Assembly (NCBI GenBank): GCA_040768745.1
Contig: JAXGMI010000001.1
Coordinates: forward strand, 768,001-832,000
Source of the DNA: Desulfomicrobium sp.
GTDB lineage: Bacteria; Desulfobacterota; Desulfovibrionia; Desulfovibrionales; Desulfomicrobiaceae
Reading direction: 5' to 3'
DNA: 64,000 nucleotides
Every line of letters starts with the position of its first letter. Position 1 is the stretch's first letter. The position numbers were made by a program, and so were the translations under genes. This document shows positions 53,389 to 64,000 of the stretch, one piece after another. The notes beneath the pieces were generated by a model, which did not search any database, was not told where the DNA came from, and saw only the letters and a program-made list of their open reading frames with translations.

Positions 53389-54885
53389 CTAACAGTGTTC
53401 TGAAAAGACTACCAGGGCTTCGGCTCCACCCTGGGAGGCGTTGCGCAGGATCAGGTCTGCGCCGTGACTCTGAAAGATGGAGTTGGCGATGGCCAGGCCA
53501 AGGCCTGTGCCCGATTCCTTGGTGGTGAAGAAGGGCTCGAGATACCGGTCCAGCAGGTTGACGTCGAATCCCTGGCCCGAATCGCGGATAAGCACTGCCT
53601 TGCGCCCATCGTGACAGGCCGGCAGGATGCTGACTTCGCCCTCCTGCCCGCAGGCCTGGATGGCGTTGCTGATCAGGTTGTAAAATCCACGGTACAGGAG
53701 ATCCTTGTCGCCCTGAACCATGAAGGTCGCCGGTAGTTGGCAGGCCACCCTGACGCGGTGCTCCTGTCCCTCCTGCGTCAGAAAAGTCACGGCGTGGCGG
53801 ATCACCTTTTCCAGGTTCACGTCTTCCAGGGCTGGCTGACGGGGCCGCGCATAATCCAAAAAGTCATTCACCGTCTGGCTCAGCCGCTTGGCTTCATGAA
53901 ATATCGCTTCCAGGATCTTGACCTTGGGGCTGTCTGCCGCCTGCTCCTTCTTGAGCAACAGCTCAGCGCTGCTGCGGATAATACCCAGGGGATTGCGGAT
54001 CTCGTGGGCGATACTGGCCACCATGCGGCCCATGGAAGCCAACTTCTCGTTCTGCACGAGCTCCCGCTCCAGACGCTCCTTGTCCCGCACCCGCTCGTCC
54101 AAAACCCGGTCAGCACGACGAATCATGAAGAAAATCAACGCATAGAGGGTGGCTGAGCCCAGAAACGTGGTCAGGATGATCAGCCGCTGCAAATGCAGGA
54201 CCGTCTCATAGTCGCTGGTGATATCCTGGGAAAATTCAAGCACCCCGAGCAGCGGACCGGGCTGTTCCCTGAACCGCAGGTCTCGCTCGGCCCGCAACGG
54301 ATAAACGGTGCGCAGCACGACATCCCCCGCTTCCAGACTGAAGGTGAACAGGACGTCCAGCAGGCTCAATCTGTTCTGAAGGTCAAACGTGCGCTGACCC
54401 TCTTGGATGGCCGCCTGCAAGGCCGGCCCACCGAGATCGGAACTGCCGACCTCCTCGGCCTTGGTGCTGTAGGCCACCTCCTGACCCTCGTCATAGATGC
54501 GCAGGTTCAACACGTGAAAGGAATGGGTGGTGGACTCGATGACCTGTTCCAGGCGTTCGTACTGATCCCTGCGCTTGAGCTCGACGCGCCCGAAACCCAG
54601 CACCACTGGCAGGGTGAAACGGCGATAGATCTGATGGTTGAGATTTTCGGCCAGCAGCTGGGCAAAGGCCGTATTTTTCTTCAACAGCGCACTCTTGGCG
54701 TAATTGCTCATGAACATGGACAGCACCAAACTCGACCCCAGGATCAGGACCAAGGTGCTGACGGACAAAAACTTGACCAGCTGAAAGGGGTGCGCCGGAT
54801 CAACGCGAAAGGGGTTGAGCTTCATGCTTGGGCCAGGATCGGAAAAAAGGGGTCCGGACAACGCGTCCGGCACAGGGTCGGGCAC
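53389..54885 (-). CDS. Membrane sensor histidine kinase (start uncertain)
   Basis: Two TMs; AHEIRNPL, NLISNA, D.G.G and FFTTK..GTGLGL motifs. Confidence 0.93.
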   Translation of the reverse strand: MPDPVPDALSGPLFSDPGPSMKLNPFRVDPAHPFQLVKFLSVSTLVLILGSSLVLSMFMSNYAKSALLKKNTAFAQLLAENLNHQIYRRFTLPVVLGFGRVELKRRDQYERLEQVIESTTHSFHVLNLRIYDEGQEVAYSTKAEEVGSSDLGGPALQAAIQEGQRTFDLQNRLSLLDVLFTFSLEAGDVVLRTVYPLRAERDLRFREQPGPLLGVLEFSQDITSDYETVLHLQRLIILTTFLGSATLYALIFFMIRRADRVLDERVRDKERLERELVQNEKLASMGRMVASIAHEIRNPLGIIRSSAELLLKKEQAADSPKVKILEAIFHEAKRLSQTVNDFLDYARPRQPALEDVNLEKVIRHAVTFLTQEGQEHRVRVACQLPATFMVQGDKDLLYRGFYNLISNAIQACGQEGEVSILPACHDGRKAVLIRDSGQGFDVNLLDRYLEPFFTTKESGTGLGLAIANSIFQSHGADLILRNASQGGAEALVVFSEHC

Positions 54886-54913
54886 CCTGCCCGACCCTGG
54901 ACTGTGTTAGGCT

Positions 54914-56536
54914 TTAGCCCTTGCGCCGGTCAAGACAATAGCGCAGGAGCCCACAGGTGGAGGCGTCATGGACGCCGATCTGCTCACCGCGCAGTTCTGG
55001 CAGAATGGCTCCTGCAAGCTGTTTGCCCAGCTCCACCCCCATCTGATCGAAGGAATTGATGCCCCAGATGATGCCTTGCACGAAAATCTTATGCTCGTAC
55101 ATGGCAATCAAACGGCCCAGAATGCGTGGAGTCAGTTCAGGATAGACGATGGAGTTGGAGGGCCGGTTGCCTGGAAAGACCTTGTGCGGGGCCAATGCCT
55201 TCCTGGCTTCGGGAGGAAGCTTGCCGAGCTCCTTTTCGGCCTCTTCCAGTGTCCGTCCGCGCATGAGGGCTTCGGTCTGGGCCAAAAAATTGGCCAGCAG
55301 GATGACATGGTGTTCACCCACTGGATGCAGGGGGTTGACGGCGGCCAGAAAGTCACAGGGAACCACGGTGGTACCCTGGTGCAGGAGCTGATAAAATGCG
55401 TGCTGGCCGTTGGTTCCTGGCTCCCCCCACAGGATGGGGCCTGTTGCGTACGGCGTGGACTGGCCGTTTTTGGTCACCCCTTTGCCGTTGCTCTCCATGT
55501 CGGCCTGCTGCAGATACGCGGGCAACAGCTCCAGATACTGGTCGTAGGGCAGCACGGCGTGGGACGGCATGTCCTGAAAATTACGGTACCAGACCCCCAG
55601 AAGGGCAAGCAAAACAGGAATGTTCCCCTCGAAGGACGCTGTGCGGAAATGCTCGTCCATGTCCCGCGCGCCGGCCAGGAGTTCCCGGAAATTGTCCATG
55701 CCCACGGCCAGGGCGATGGGCAGGCCGATGCAGGACCACAGGGAATAACGCCCTCCGACCCAGTCCCAGAAGGCAAACATGTTGGCCGGATCAATGCCAA
55801 AGGCCCTGACCGCCACTTCATTGGTGGACAGCGCCACGAAATGGCGGGCGATGTCGCTTCCAGACCCGCCCCGGCCCAGGAACCAGGACCGGGCCGTGTG
55901 GGCGTTGGTCAACGTCTCCTGGGTGGTGAAGGTCTTGGAAGCGACAACGAAGAGCGTGGACTCCGGCCGCACCTTTTCCAGAACCCTGGCAATGTGGGTG
56001 CCGTCGATATTGGACACGAAATGGAAATCAAGGGTCCGCTCACGGTAAAAATCCAGGGCCTCGGTGACCATCCTTGGGCCCAGGTCCGAACCGCCGATGC
56101 CGATGTTGACCACATCGCGAATGCGCTCGCCCGTGAACCCCTTCCACCCACCTGTACGAACCCGGGCCACGAAGGATTCCATCTGGTTCAGGACCCGCTG
56201 GACCTCAGGCACGATATTGACCCCGTCGAGAACAACGCTTTCGTCGGTGTTCTTGCGCAGGGCCACATGCAGGACAGCCCGATTTTCCGTGGTGTTGATG
56301 TGCCTGCCTCCGAACATGGCCTGGATGCCATCGGACACTCCGGCCTCTCGGGCCAGGTCCAGGAGCAGCGACATGGTTGTGTCCGTGATCCGGTTCTTGG
56401 AATAGTCAAGCAGGATGTCGCACGCCTGCACGGAAAAACGCGCGAACCGCCCAGGATCAGAGGCAAAAAGTTCGCGCATGGGGGCGATGGGAGGATGGTT
56501 CGAGAGGGCTTTCCAGGAAGGGGACTGATTGATCAC
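54914..56536 (-). CDS. pgi: Glucose-6-phosphate isomerase
   Basis: [35 protein letters not shown] and FDQ.GVELGK motifs; GTG start after AGGAGG. Confidence 0.96.
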   Translation of the reverse strand: MINQSPSWKALSNHPPIAPMRELFASDPGRFARFSVQACDILLDYSKNRITDTTMSLLLDLAREAGVSDGIQAMFGGRHINTTENRAVLHVALRKNTDESVVLDGVNIVPEVQRVLNQMESFVARVRTGGWKGFTGERIRDVVNIGIGGSDLGPRMVTEALDFYRERTLDFHFVSNIDGTHIARVLEKVRPESTLFVVASKTFTTQETLTNAHTARSWFLGRGGSGSDIARHFVALSTNEVAVRAFGIDPANMFAFWDWVGGRYSLWSCIGLPIALAVGMDNFRELLAGARDMDEHFRTASFEGNIPVLLALLGVWYRNFQDMPSHAVLPYDQYLELLPAYLQQADMESNGKGVTKNGQSTPYATGPILWGEPGTNGQHAFYQLLHQGTTVVPCDFLAAVNPLHPVGEHHVILLANFLAQTEALMRGRTLEEAEKELGKLPPEARKALAPHKVFPGNRPSNSIVYPELTPRILGRLIAMYEHKIFVQGIIWGINSFDQMGVELGKQLAGAILPELRGEQIGVHDASTCGLLRYCLDRRKG

Positions 56537-56546
56537 GAAAAACCTC

Positions 56547-57728
56547 CTAATTCTTGAGGGAGTGCAGGCTGCTTCCGATTCGTTCCAGCGCGTGAGCCAG
56601 GGTTGTGTCGTCCAGGGCGTAGGAAATGCGGATGCAGCGGTCGTCGCCAAAAGCGGCCCCGGGGACCAAGGCGACTCCCGCCTGGTCCAGCAGGTATGTG
56701 CAGAGGGCGGTGGAGTCAGGAACCTCGGCCGTATAGTACCAATCCACCTGCGGAAAAAGATAGAAAGCCCCTGCCGGTTCAGGGCACACCACATTTCCCC
56801 AGTCCCGGACCATGGACAGACCAAGGTTGCGCCGACGCACAAAGGCCTCACGCATCACGTCCAGGCACTCCCAGCCGCCGGTCAGGGCAGCCAGGGCCGC
56901 CTTCTGGGCGATGGAACAGACATTGGAGGTGGACTGGCCCTGGATCTTGGTCATGGCCTTGATCAGATCTGCATGGGCCAGGGTATACCCGACCCGCCAG
57001 CCGGTCATGGCAAAGCTCTTGGCCAGACCGTTGACCACCGCAAAACTTTCCGGATGCCCCTCCCACCAGGGGCTCAGGGAAGCCGGCTGGGCCGGCGCGT
57101 AGACCAGCCGGTCGTAGATCTCGTCTGCAATGACGAAAATGCCCTTGTCCACGGCCCAGGTCGCGATGGCGTCCAACTGGGTCTGGGAATAGTGACAGCC
57201 CGTGGGGTTTGATGGTGTGTTCAGAATGAGGCAGCGGGTCCGCGCAGTGCAGGCTGCGTCCAGCTGTTCCACGCTCACCAGGAAATTGTTCTCTGGCTCG
57301 GTGGGGACAAAAACCGACACGCCATCGGCCAGCTCGACCATGGCCGGATAACTGACCCAGTACGGGGCAGGAATGATGACTTCATCGCCCGGATCGAGCA
57401 GGACCTGCAGCAGGTTGTACAGGCTTTGCTTCCCGCCGTTGGTCACCACAACGTCGTTCATACCGGCATTGACTCCGTAAAAACTCGCGAAGTACCCGGC
57501 CACGGCAGTGCGCAGTTCCGTGATGCCTGGAACCGGGGTGTACCTGGTGAATCCTTGCTGCATGGCCACCCGCGCGGCTTCGCAGACATGCTCCGGGGTC
57601 CGGAAATCGGGCTCGCCCACGGCCAAGCTGATGATTTGCCGCCCTGCGGCGCGCAATTCCTGAGCCTTGGTGTTGATGGTCAATGTCGCAGACGGCTTGA
57701 TCCTGGTAATGCGTTGGGCCAGTTTCAT
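56547..57728 (-). CDS. Class I PLP-dependent (aspartate) aminotransferase
   Basis: [17 protein letters not shown] and [12 protein letters not shown] motifs. Confidence 0.93.
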   Translation of the reverse strand: MKLAQRITRIKPSATLTINTKAQELRAAGRQIISLAVGEPDFRTPEHVCEAARVAMQQGFTRYTPVPGITELRTAVAGYFASFYGVNAGMNDVVVTNGGKQSLYNLLQVLLDPGDEVIIPAPYWVSYPAMVELADGVSVFVPTEPENNFLVSVEQLDAACTARTRCLILNTPSNPTGCHYSQTQLDAIATWAVDKGIFVIADEIYDRLVYAPAQPASLSPWWEGHPESFAVVNGLAKSFAMTGWRVGYTLAHADLIKAMTKIQGQSTSNVCSIAQKAALAALTGGWECLDVMREAFVRRRNLGLSMVRDWGNVVCPEPAGAFYLFPQVDWYYTAEVPDSTALCTYLLDQAGVALVPGAAFGDDRCIRISYALDDTTLAHALERIGSSLHSLKN

Positions 57729-57773
57729 CGTTTTGGGGTCTCCTTTTTTGAGACAATGGGTGCTTGGAAATGG

Positions 57774-58619
57774 CTAGGCGTCGCTCTGGGAGGCATGATC
57801 CTCCATCGCGATTTCAAGTTCCGCCAGGGTAATATCCGAAAGGCCGAGGATGCCGGCCTCACTGCAGGTCACCAGGACCAACTCTCTGTCTTCGAGCAAC
57901 CCGATACCAAGTTTGTGGCATGCCTTGTTGGCCAGTCGCACCAGCACAAGCAGGGTGTTCGAGGTATCGTAATCTCGGCGGTGGTGATCCCGGCAAACCA
58001 GACAATAGCTCTCGGGCAGGTTCCATTTCTCCAGCAGCATGGACCCGCATTCAGGATGCAGGGAGGCCACGAACTCTTCAGCCGCTGTCCTGGTGATGCG
58101 GGGCGCGTCCTTGTCCTTTTCGTTCACCGAAACCAGGGCCTTGAGCACCAGCAGTTTGCCCACGTCGTGGATCAGGCCGCCAATGAACGCCTCGGGAGCG
58201 AGTTCATCGTACCCGCAGCGCTTGGCCAGCCACTGCGCACCGAAAGCGCAGACCACGGAATGCTTCCACAAACGGGACATATACTGTTGGAGAAAAGGGT
58301 TGTGCGAACTGTAGTTCTTGCGCTGGGTGGCCACCATCACACTGTTGACGACTTCCCGAAGTCCGATCCGCACAAGGGCGTCCTGAATGCGGCTGATCTT
58401 CTTGATGCCCCGGAAAAACGAGGAATTGGCGACCTTCAGCACCTCGGCCGCCAGAACCTGATCCTGGACGATGTAACTGACAATCTTGTCCGTGTCGGGA
58501 TCGCGCTTGATGGCTTCCTGATGCACCAGAAGGGCCGTGCGGTCGAAAACCGGGAGATCGCTTCCCGGTTCTTCCAGAAATGCATGGATCCGATCGTCGA
58601 TAGGGGTGACTGCGAACAT
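57774..58619 (-). CDS. HDOD domain protein
   Basis: LP.F, DQ.L...VLK.ANS, LWKHS, GLIHDVGK and W.LP motifs. Confidence 0.92.
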   Translation of the reverse strand: MFAVTPIDDRIHAFLEEPGSDLPVFDRTALLVHQEAIKRDPDTDKIVSYIVQDQVLAAEVLKVANSSFFRGIKKISRIQDALVRIGLREVVNSVMVATQRKNYSSHNPFLQQYMSRLWKHSVVCAFGAQWLAKRCGYDELAPEAFIGGLIHDVGKLLVLKALVSVNEKDKDAPRITRTAAEEFVASLHPECGSMLLEKWNLPESYCLVCRDHHRRDYDTSNTLLVLVRLANKACHKLGIGLLEDRELVLVTCSEAGILGLSDITLAELEIAMEDHASQSDA

Positions 58620-58623
58620 ATGG

Positions 58624-60504
58624 TTAGACTCCCAGTATTCTTCTCAATTCAGGCAGGGATCGCGGCTTGTGCACTCTCGGCAGGGCGCGCAGAACTTCGT
58701 CCAGTGTTGTTTTGCCGATGGCGGCCTTGACGAGGCCGTCTTCCAGCATGGTGACCATGTTGGCCCGGGACAGGGCCAGTTGGCGGAGTTCGTGGGTGGT
58801 CTTGCGCTGCAGGATGGCGTCGCGGATGGCAACTTCCGGGATGAGCATCTCGAAAACCGCCATGCGCCCCTTGTAGCCGCTGTGCCGGCAGGCTGCGCAA
58901 CCCCTGCCCTTGCGGAACTCAGCCCCGACCAGGCTGCCGTAGGTGCTGCTCAAACGCCGCAGCTGCCCCATGTCCGGCTGGTAGGGCACCGCGCAGTGCG
59001 GGCAGATCCTCCGAACCAGGCGCTGGGAGAGAATGCATGAGATGGTGGAGGAAACAAGAAAGGGCTCGATACCCATGTCCAGGAGGCGAACCAGGCCGCC
59101 GATGCTGTCTTCGGTATGGAAGGTGGTCAGGACCTTGTGCCCTGTCAGTGCTGTCTGGATGGCCATGACCGCTGAAAAATGATCCCGGATCTCGCCGATG
59201 ACTGCGATATCCGGGTCTTGGCGCACGATGTGTTTGAGAGTCTCTTCGAAAGTCAGGCCGATAGCCGGCATGATGGAGCATTGACCAATGCCGCGGACCT
59301 TGTATTCCACCGGATCCTCGGCCGTGATAATGCTGACGTCCGGACGATTGAGGTAATTGATGCAGCTGTAGACGGTGGTGGACTTCCCCGAACCCGTGGG
59401 GCCGGTGACCATGATGATGCCCGAGGGCGCGTCCAGCGCCTCCTCCATGAAACGGTCCAGCATGCGCGGCAGCATGCCAATATCGTCCATGGGCAAGAGT
59501 TCTTCCTGGTTCTTGAGCAAGCGCATGACCACCTGCTCCCCGTACACTGTGACGTAGAAGGACATGCGCAGGTCAAACTGCACGCCCATGTGGCTGAACA
59601 TCATCCGCCCGTCCTGGTGACGGCGTTTTTCTGCGATATCCGCCCCGCACATGATCTTGAAGCGACTGACCAGCGGCGCGGAAATTGCGATGGGGTAATC
59701 CCGGAAATGGGTCATGACCCCGTCGATCCGCAGACGGACCCGCAGCCGGTCGGACATGGGCTCCACATGGATATCGCTGGCTCCCAGCTTGAATGCCCCG
59801 AGCACGATGGAGTTGGCGATCCCGACGATATCCACCCCTCCGGCGTCCGTTCCACTGCCTATGCGCTCCTGGTCCCTGCGTTTGGCCATGATCTCGTCGA
59901 GTTGACTGACCCGGGTGATGCAGATGACCATGTTCTGGCCAAAATAGTCCCGGGCGGCTCCCAGGCTGCGCGGATCCAGAGGGTCGGCAAAGGCGATGCG
60001 CACCGCTCCATCGGGCTGCATGTCGTAGGGCACAAATCTGTACTGCGCGTAATATTCCACCGGAGCACGCCCCATGAGGGCCGCGTCGGGCTCCTTGGTA
60101 ACCAGGTCGATGATTGGCAGCCCAAGTTGCAAGGCCAAAATTTCCGTCAGCTTGTCATCGGCCAGGATCTTGTGCTGGACCAGAATATCCCCCAGCTTCT
60201 GGCGGCGGCCGTCCTGCTTCTGGATGGTCAAAGCCCGTTCGAGCTCCTCGTCAGTCAGGTAGCCCAAACCATTGAGCAGATCTCCGATCCGCAACTCCCC
60301 CTGGTTGCGGCGAATGGTTTGGCGCAGCTGATCTTCGGAAACGTACCCCAGTTCACGGACTACATCGCATACGGGCCGGGACAATGGCAGCTTCTCGCAA
60401 ACCCGCCGGGCATACTCGGCCTGCTGCTCGTCAAGGTACCCGTCTTGAATCAGCAGCTTGATGATTGGATTCATCGAGTGTTCACTTCCGGAATCCTGAC
60501 TCAT
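58624..60504 (-). CDS. GspE/PilB-family secretion ATPase with MshEN domain
   Basis: RIGDLL...G.L...L..AL..Q...KLGDIL, ASDIH.EP, GPTGSGKS, EDPVE and RQDPD...GEIRD motifs. Confidence 0.93.
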   Translation of the reverse strand: MSQDSGSEHSMNPIIKLLIQDGYLDEQQAEYARRVCEKLPLSRPVCDVVRELGYVSEDQLRQTIRRNQGELRIGDLLNGLGYLTDEELERALTIQKQDGRRQKLGDILVQHKILADDKLTEILALQLGLPIIDLVTKEPDAALMGRAPVEYYAQYRFVPYDMQPDGAVRIAFADPLDPRSLGAARDYFGQNMVICITRVSQLDEIMAKRRDQERIGSGTDAGGVDIVGIANSIVLGAFKLGASDIHVEPMSDRLRVRLRIDGVMTHFRDYPIAISAPLVSRFKIMCGADIAEKRRHQDGRMMFSHMGVQFDLRMSFYVTVYGEQVVMRLLKNQEELLPMDDIGMLPRMLDRFMEEALDAPSGIIMVTGPTGSGKSTTVYSCINYLNRPDVSIITAEDPVEYKVRGIGQCSIMPAIGLTFEETLKHIVRQDPDIAVIGEIRDHFSAVMAIQTALTGHKVLTTFHTEDSIGGLVRLLDMGIEPFLVSSTISCILSQRLVRRICPHCAVPYQPDMGQLRRLSSTYGSLVGAEFRKGRGCAACRHSGYKGRMAVFEMLIPEVAIRDAILQRKTTHELRQLALSRANMVTMLEDGLVKAAIGKTTLDEVLRALPRVHKPRSLPELRRILGV

Positions 60505-60533
60505 AAGTGCACCCTTGCCTCTTCTGTCGAGAA

Positions 60534-61049
60534 TTACCGCAGGAGATAAAAACCGAGCTCCTTGTCGAACTGGCCTTTCAAGAAACTGGCACCGATTCGC
60601 GATCCATCTGTATACAATGCCACGGCTCGCCGTTCGATGAGATCCTTGGACGCATTGTCCAGTCGGAAGCGCACCATCAACGCATCACCCGGATCAACGG
60701 GCCGCGCGGGAATTTCGGCTTCCCAGACGATGGAAAAACCGATTCCGTTCATGGACACATTGTGCACGTTGATGGGATAGGTGGCATTATTGCGGAGTAC
60801 CGAGCATTGGCCGTACAAATTCACGCTCTTTCGATAGAATTCCCGGAATTCGATCTGCATCTCCACGATTTGACCGCACTGGCATTTGATGCGGAGCATG
60901 CCTCCCGCTTTCTGCAAGGTTTTTGCATTGAACTCCCGCTCATACAAACAATGCGGACACCGGAAGAATGCGTTTCCACCTTTGTCGGCGTAGATCGTGT
61001 CCATGAGGGCTCCTGCGTCCTGGCCGTATGCTTGTTCCTCTATCCACAC
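60534..61049 (-). CDS. PilZ domain protein with N-terminal zinc ribbon
   Basis: CPHC...CQC, REFYR (RxxxR) and NVSMNG (NxSxxG). Confidence 0.85.
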   Translation of the reverse strand: MWIEEQAYGQDAGALMDTIYADKGGNAFFRCPHCLYEREFNAKTLQKAGGMLRIKCQCGQIVEMQIEFREFYRKSVNLYGQCSVLRNNATYPINVHNVSMNGIGFSIVWEAEIPARPVDPGDALMVRFRLDNASKDLIERRAVALYTDGSRIGASFLKGQFDKELGFYLLR

Positions 61050-61103
61050 GGAAAAGGGAATGTCACGAAAAAACCCGCCACCAAAAAACGGTAGGCAAAT
61101 CCT

Positions 61104-61140
61104 AAAAAAAGCCCTGACCTGGAAACAGGTCAGGGCTTTT
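61104..61140 (-). terminator. Rho-independent terminator of the pheST-merR operon
   Basis: GCCCTGACCTG-GAAA-CAGGTCAGGGC with T7 on the minus strand. Confidence 0.85.
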
Positions 61141-61456
61141 CACGCAGCATGCGTCGAATCTCCTCGAGTTCACGGCGAATAAGGGCCAAAGGTTCTCGCC
61201 TGGCCTTGGATGCTTCGAGTTTCTGGCGCGCCCCCTTGATGGTCAGCTTCTCCACATACAGCAGATGCTTGATCCGCTCCAGCATCCGGAGATGCTCCTC
61301 GGTGTAGTAGCGCTGCCCTTTGGGCGTTCTGGCTGGCGCGGCTTGCGGAAACTCTTCTTCCCAGAAACGCAGGACATAGGGTTCCACGCCGAGGCGGCTG
61401 GCTGCCTGGCCAATACGTAAACGTTTTTCTGTGGCCGGCGCAACGGGCTTGAGCAC
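61130..61456 (-). CDS. MerR-family transcriptional regulator (start uncertain)
   Basis: RIGQAA..LGV.PYVLRFWE.EF...P.R...GQR.Y...TIKGAR. Confidence 0.9.
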   Translation of the reverse strand: MLKPVAPATEKRLRIGQAASRLGVEPYVLRFWEEEFPQAAPARTPKGQRYYTEEHLRMLERIKHLLYVEKLTIKGARQKLEASKARREPLALIRRELEEIRRMLREKP

Positions 61457-61481
61457 GCTTCCTCCTGGCCACCTTCCGCAT

Positions 61482-63866
61482 TCAGGAGAAACGGACAGGC
61501 AACCCCTTGACCAGATGCTGACCAATATGGGCAGTGATCTTTTCCACTTCCTTGTCCTTCAAGGTCCGTTCCGGGTGCCGAAACACGAACCGAAAGGTCA
61601 AATTGCGCTCCCTGCCGCCTTCGGGGTCATAAATGTCCACCAGGAAGACATCTTCCAGAAGCGGTTCACGCAGTTGACGTACAGTATCAATTACCGAGCC
61701 GATTGCAAGGCCGCTGGGTGCGATGAGGGTCATGTCGCGCCGGATCACCGGATACTTGGGCAGGGAAGCAAAGGTGATCTTTTTTTGCATGACCATCAGC
61801 AGATCCAAATCCAGGTCTGCGTACCAGACCTCGGCTCTGGCCAGGTAATTGTCGGCCAGGTTCTCCCGGATCCTGCCCACGCGGCCGGCCATGGTCTCAC
61901 CGACCAGCACACAGACTTCTGGCTCCAGATAGGGATGACCATGCCCGCGCGCAAAGGATGCCGCACCAACACCCAGGGTATGCAGCAAATGTTCCACCAA
62001 GCCCTTGATGTCCTCGTAGCCCAGGAAGCCAGACACAAAGGGATAACGGCCCGGGAAACGCCCCCCGTGCAGAAGGATGCCCAGGCGATTGTTTTCCCTG
62101 GTCCGGGTATCGCTGGTCTGGTCCTGGACAAAGGTATGGGCCACCTCGAAAATGCGGATCCGTCCGTTGTCCTGACTGATATTGTGCCGCAGGGATCCGA
62201 GCAGGCCGGGAACGAGGTCCGTGCGCAGGACATCCATGTCCTCGCTCAACGGGTTGTAGATGCGTACCCTTCCCGCTGTGTCCAGCCCGCACCGGTCCAG
62301 ATCCTCGGTGCCCACGAAGCTGTAGTTGACAACTTCCGACAGGCCCACACCCCGGCCCCAGTCCTTGACCAGATTCAGAAAGGAAAAAATCGGATCGGCC
62401 TTGTCCAGGTCCGCCAGATTCTTCTTCACCGTGGGCAAGGTGGCCTCGATACGATCCATGCCGTAAACCCTGGCCACCTCTTCAATGAGATCCACTTCCC
62501 GCTCCAGGTCCAGCCTGAATGAAGGAGCAGCGACCTGCCAGGAATGCCCCTCGCCCCCGACCGCGCAGCCCAACGCGGACAGCGTGGACCGACAGAAATC
62601 GGAGGGCATATCCTGGCCCAGCAGGGCAGAGGCCCTCCCTGGGGCGAACGGGATGATCCTGGGCTCGAAAGGCCGGGGCTCGGCCTTGGCCACGCCAGGG
62701 GCCACGCGGCCGCCGGACAGGGAGGCCATCAGGGCAGCGGCCCGGTCCATGGCGAATGTGTTGCCGACCTGATCCACCCCCCGTTCGAAACGGTAGGATG
62801 CGTCACTGGACAGTCCAAGGCGCCGGGCTGTCTTGCGGATGGAGCCAGGGTCGAAGACCGCGCTTTCCAGCAGAACCGTGGTGCTTGTGGTGCTGATCTC
62901 GGAGTTGATCCCGCCCATGACCCCGGCCAGGGCCACGGGACGCTCGTCATCCCAGATCAGCAGGTCGCGGGGGGTCAGGACCCGCTCTTGCCCATCGAGG
63001 GTCACCAGCGTCATGCCGTCCCGGGCCAGACCGACCTGGATGCGGTTCCCCTTCAGCAAATCCCGGTCAAAGGCGTGCAGGGGCTGGCCGCATTCCATCA
63101 TGACATAGTTGGTCACATCCACGATGTTGCTGATGGGCCGCAGGCCGACTGCGATCAGCCGATACCGCAGCCAATCCGGGCTGGGACCGATGGATACGCC
63201 CCGGATCAACCGGGCCTGGTAGAGCGGACACATGGCGGGATCTGGTTCGATGCGGAAGCCGACAAACGGCTCCCCTTCTTCGACCAAACCCGTTGAGGGC
63301 TGGATCAGGGGCAGTCCGAAGGCCGCTGCCACTTCCCTGGCCAAGCCCAGCACGGACAGGCAATCCGCCCGGTTGGGGGTGATGCTGACGTCCAGGACAG
63401 CCTGCTCAAGGCCAAGGGCCTCGCAGACGGGCGTGCCCGGTCGCAACGCCGGATCGAGGACCATGATCCCTGCATGTCCGTCTCCCAAGGCCAGCTCCCG
63501 TTCGGAACAGATCATACCGCAGGACGGCTGTCCGCGGAGCTTGGCCTTCTTGATCTCCAGGCCGCTGGGCATGATCGTTCCCACAGGGGCCACGGGCACC
63601 TTCTGCCCCGCCGCCACGTTGGGGGCGCCGCAGACGATGCCCAGAAGTTCGCCGCTCCCGATGTCCACCTTGCAGACTGAAAGGTGATCCGAATCAGGAT
63701 GTGCCATTCGCTCCACCACATGGCCAACGATCATCTTCGAAAGGGCCGCAAAGGGGTTGCGGATCTCCTCCACCTCCAGTCCGAGCATGGTCAATCTGTC
63801 GCCCAGATCCGAAGCGCTTCCCTCATAGGGAACAAATTCCCGCAGCCAGTTCAAACTCAACAGCAT
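61482..63866 (-). CDS. pheT: Phenylalanyl-tRNA synthetase beta subunit
   Basis: LSLNWL.E, IVCGAPNV, ITPNR.DC, GQPLHAFD, RFERG and DL..EVDLIEEV.R motifs. Confidence 0.98.
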   Translation of the reverse strand: MLLSLNWLREFVPYEGSASDLGDRLTMLGLEVEEIRNPFAALSKMIVGHVVERMAHPDSDHLSVCKVDIGSGELLGIVCGAPNVAAGQKVPVAPVGTIMPSGLEIKKAKLRGQPSCGMICSERELALGDGHAGIMVLDPALRPGTPVCEALGLEQAVLDVSITPNRADCLSVLGLAREVAAAFGLPLIQPSTGLVEEGEPFVGFRIEPDPAMCPLYQARLIRGVSIGPSPDWLRYRLIAVGLRPISNIVDVTNYVMMECGQPLHAFDRDLLKGNRIQVGLARDGMTLVTLDGQERVLTPRDLLIWDDERPVALAGVMGGINSEISTTSTTVLLESAVFDPGSIRKTARRLGLSSDASYRFERGVDQVGNTFAMDRAAALMASLSGGRVAPGVAKAEPRPFEPRIIPFAPGRASALLGQDMPSDFCRSTLSALGCAVGGEGHSWQVAAPSFRLDLEREVDLIEEVARVYGMDRIEATLPTVKKNLADLDKADPIFSFLNLVKDWGRGVGLSEVVNYSFVGTEDLDRCGLDTAGRVRIYNPLSEDMDVLRTDLVPGLLGSLRHNISQDNGRIRIFEVAHTFVQDQTSDTRTRENNRLGILLHGGRFPGRYPFVSGFLGYEDIKGLVEHLLHTLGVGAASFARGHGHPYLEPEVCVLVGETMAGRVGRIRENLADNYLARAEVWYADLDLDLLMVMQKKITFASLPKYPVIRRDMTLIAPSGLAIGSVIDTVRQLREPLLEDVFLVDIYDPEGGRERNLTFRFVFRHPERTLKDKEVEKITAHIGQHLVKGLPVRFS

Positions 63867-63880
63867 GGCAAAAACCCCCC

Positions 63881-64000
<120 letters not shown>

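Overview
GC-rich bacterial chromosome window; gene content suggests a sulfate-reducing Desulfovibrionales host, possibly Desulfomicrobium-like (inference). Bases 1-27535 are a Mu-like transposable prophage with a non-contractile-tail gene set; its left end lies upstream of the window and its right end (...CGCGCGCTTACA) is at 27535. The prophage looks defective. A deletion fuses the transposase 5' end to the gemA 3' end, the terminase appears to lack a short segment after Walker B, and the tape measure gene has an in-frame amber stop. It keeps a MuF-metallopeptidase toxin/partner cassette, a major capsid gene with a signal-peptide-like extension, two matching late-promoter motifs, a -1 frameshift tail chaperone, and tail proteins with Cys-rich and adhesin-like domains. 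Host DNA follows: a yedE/tusA selenium-sulfur operon, an unexplained structured ncRNA candidate with a terminator, and a small decayed accessory island (J-domain + HIRAN, hicAB, MmeI-type remnant). Next come a Na+/K+-ATPase-like P-type pump with two TrkA genes, motB-motA, ferredoxin, VTC-DUF4956-CotH and an EmrAB-type efflux pair. The window ends with a DUF1998 helicase split by an IS1182 element (19-bp hairpin target duplication), a two-component system, pgi, an aminotransferase, HDOD/GspE/PilZ genes, merR, pheT and the end of pheS. All calls come from reading the sequence; no database searches were run.
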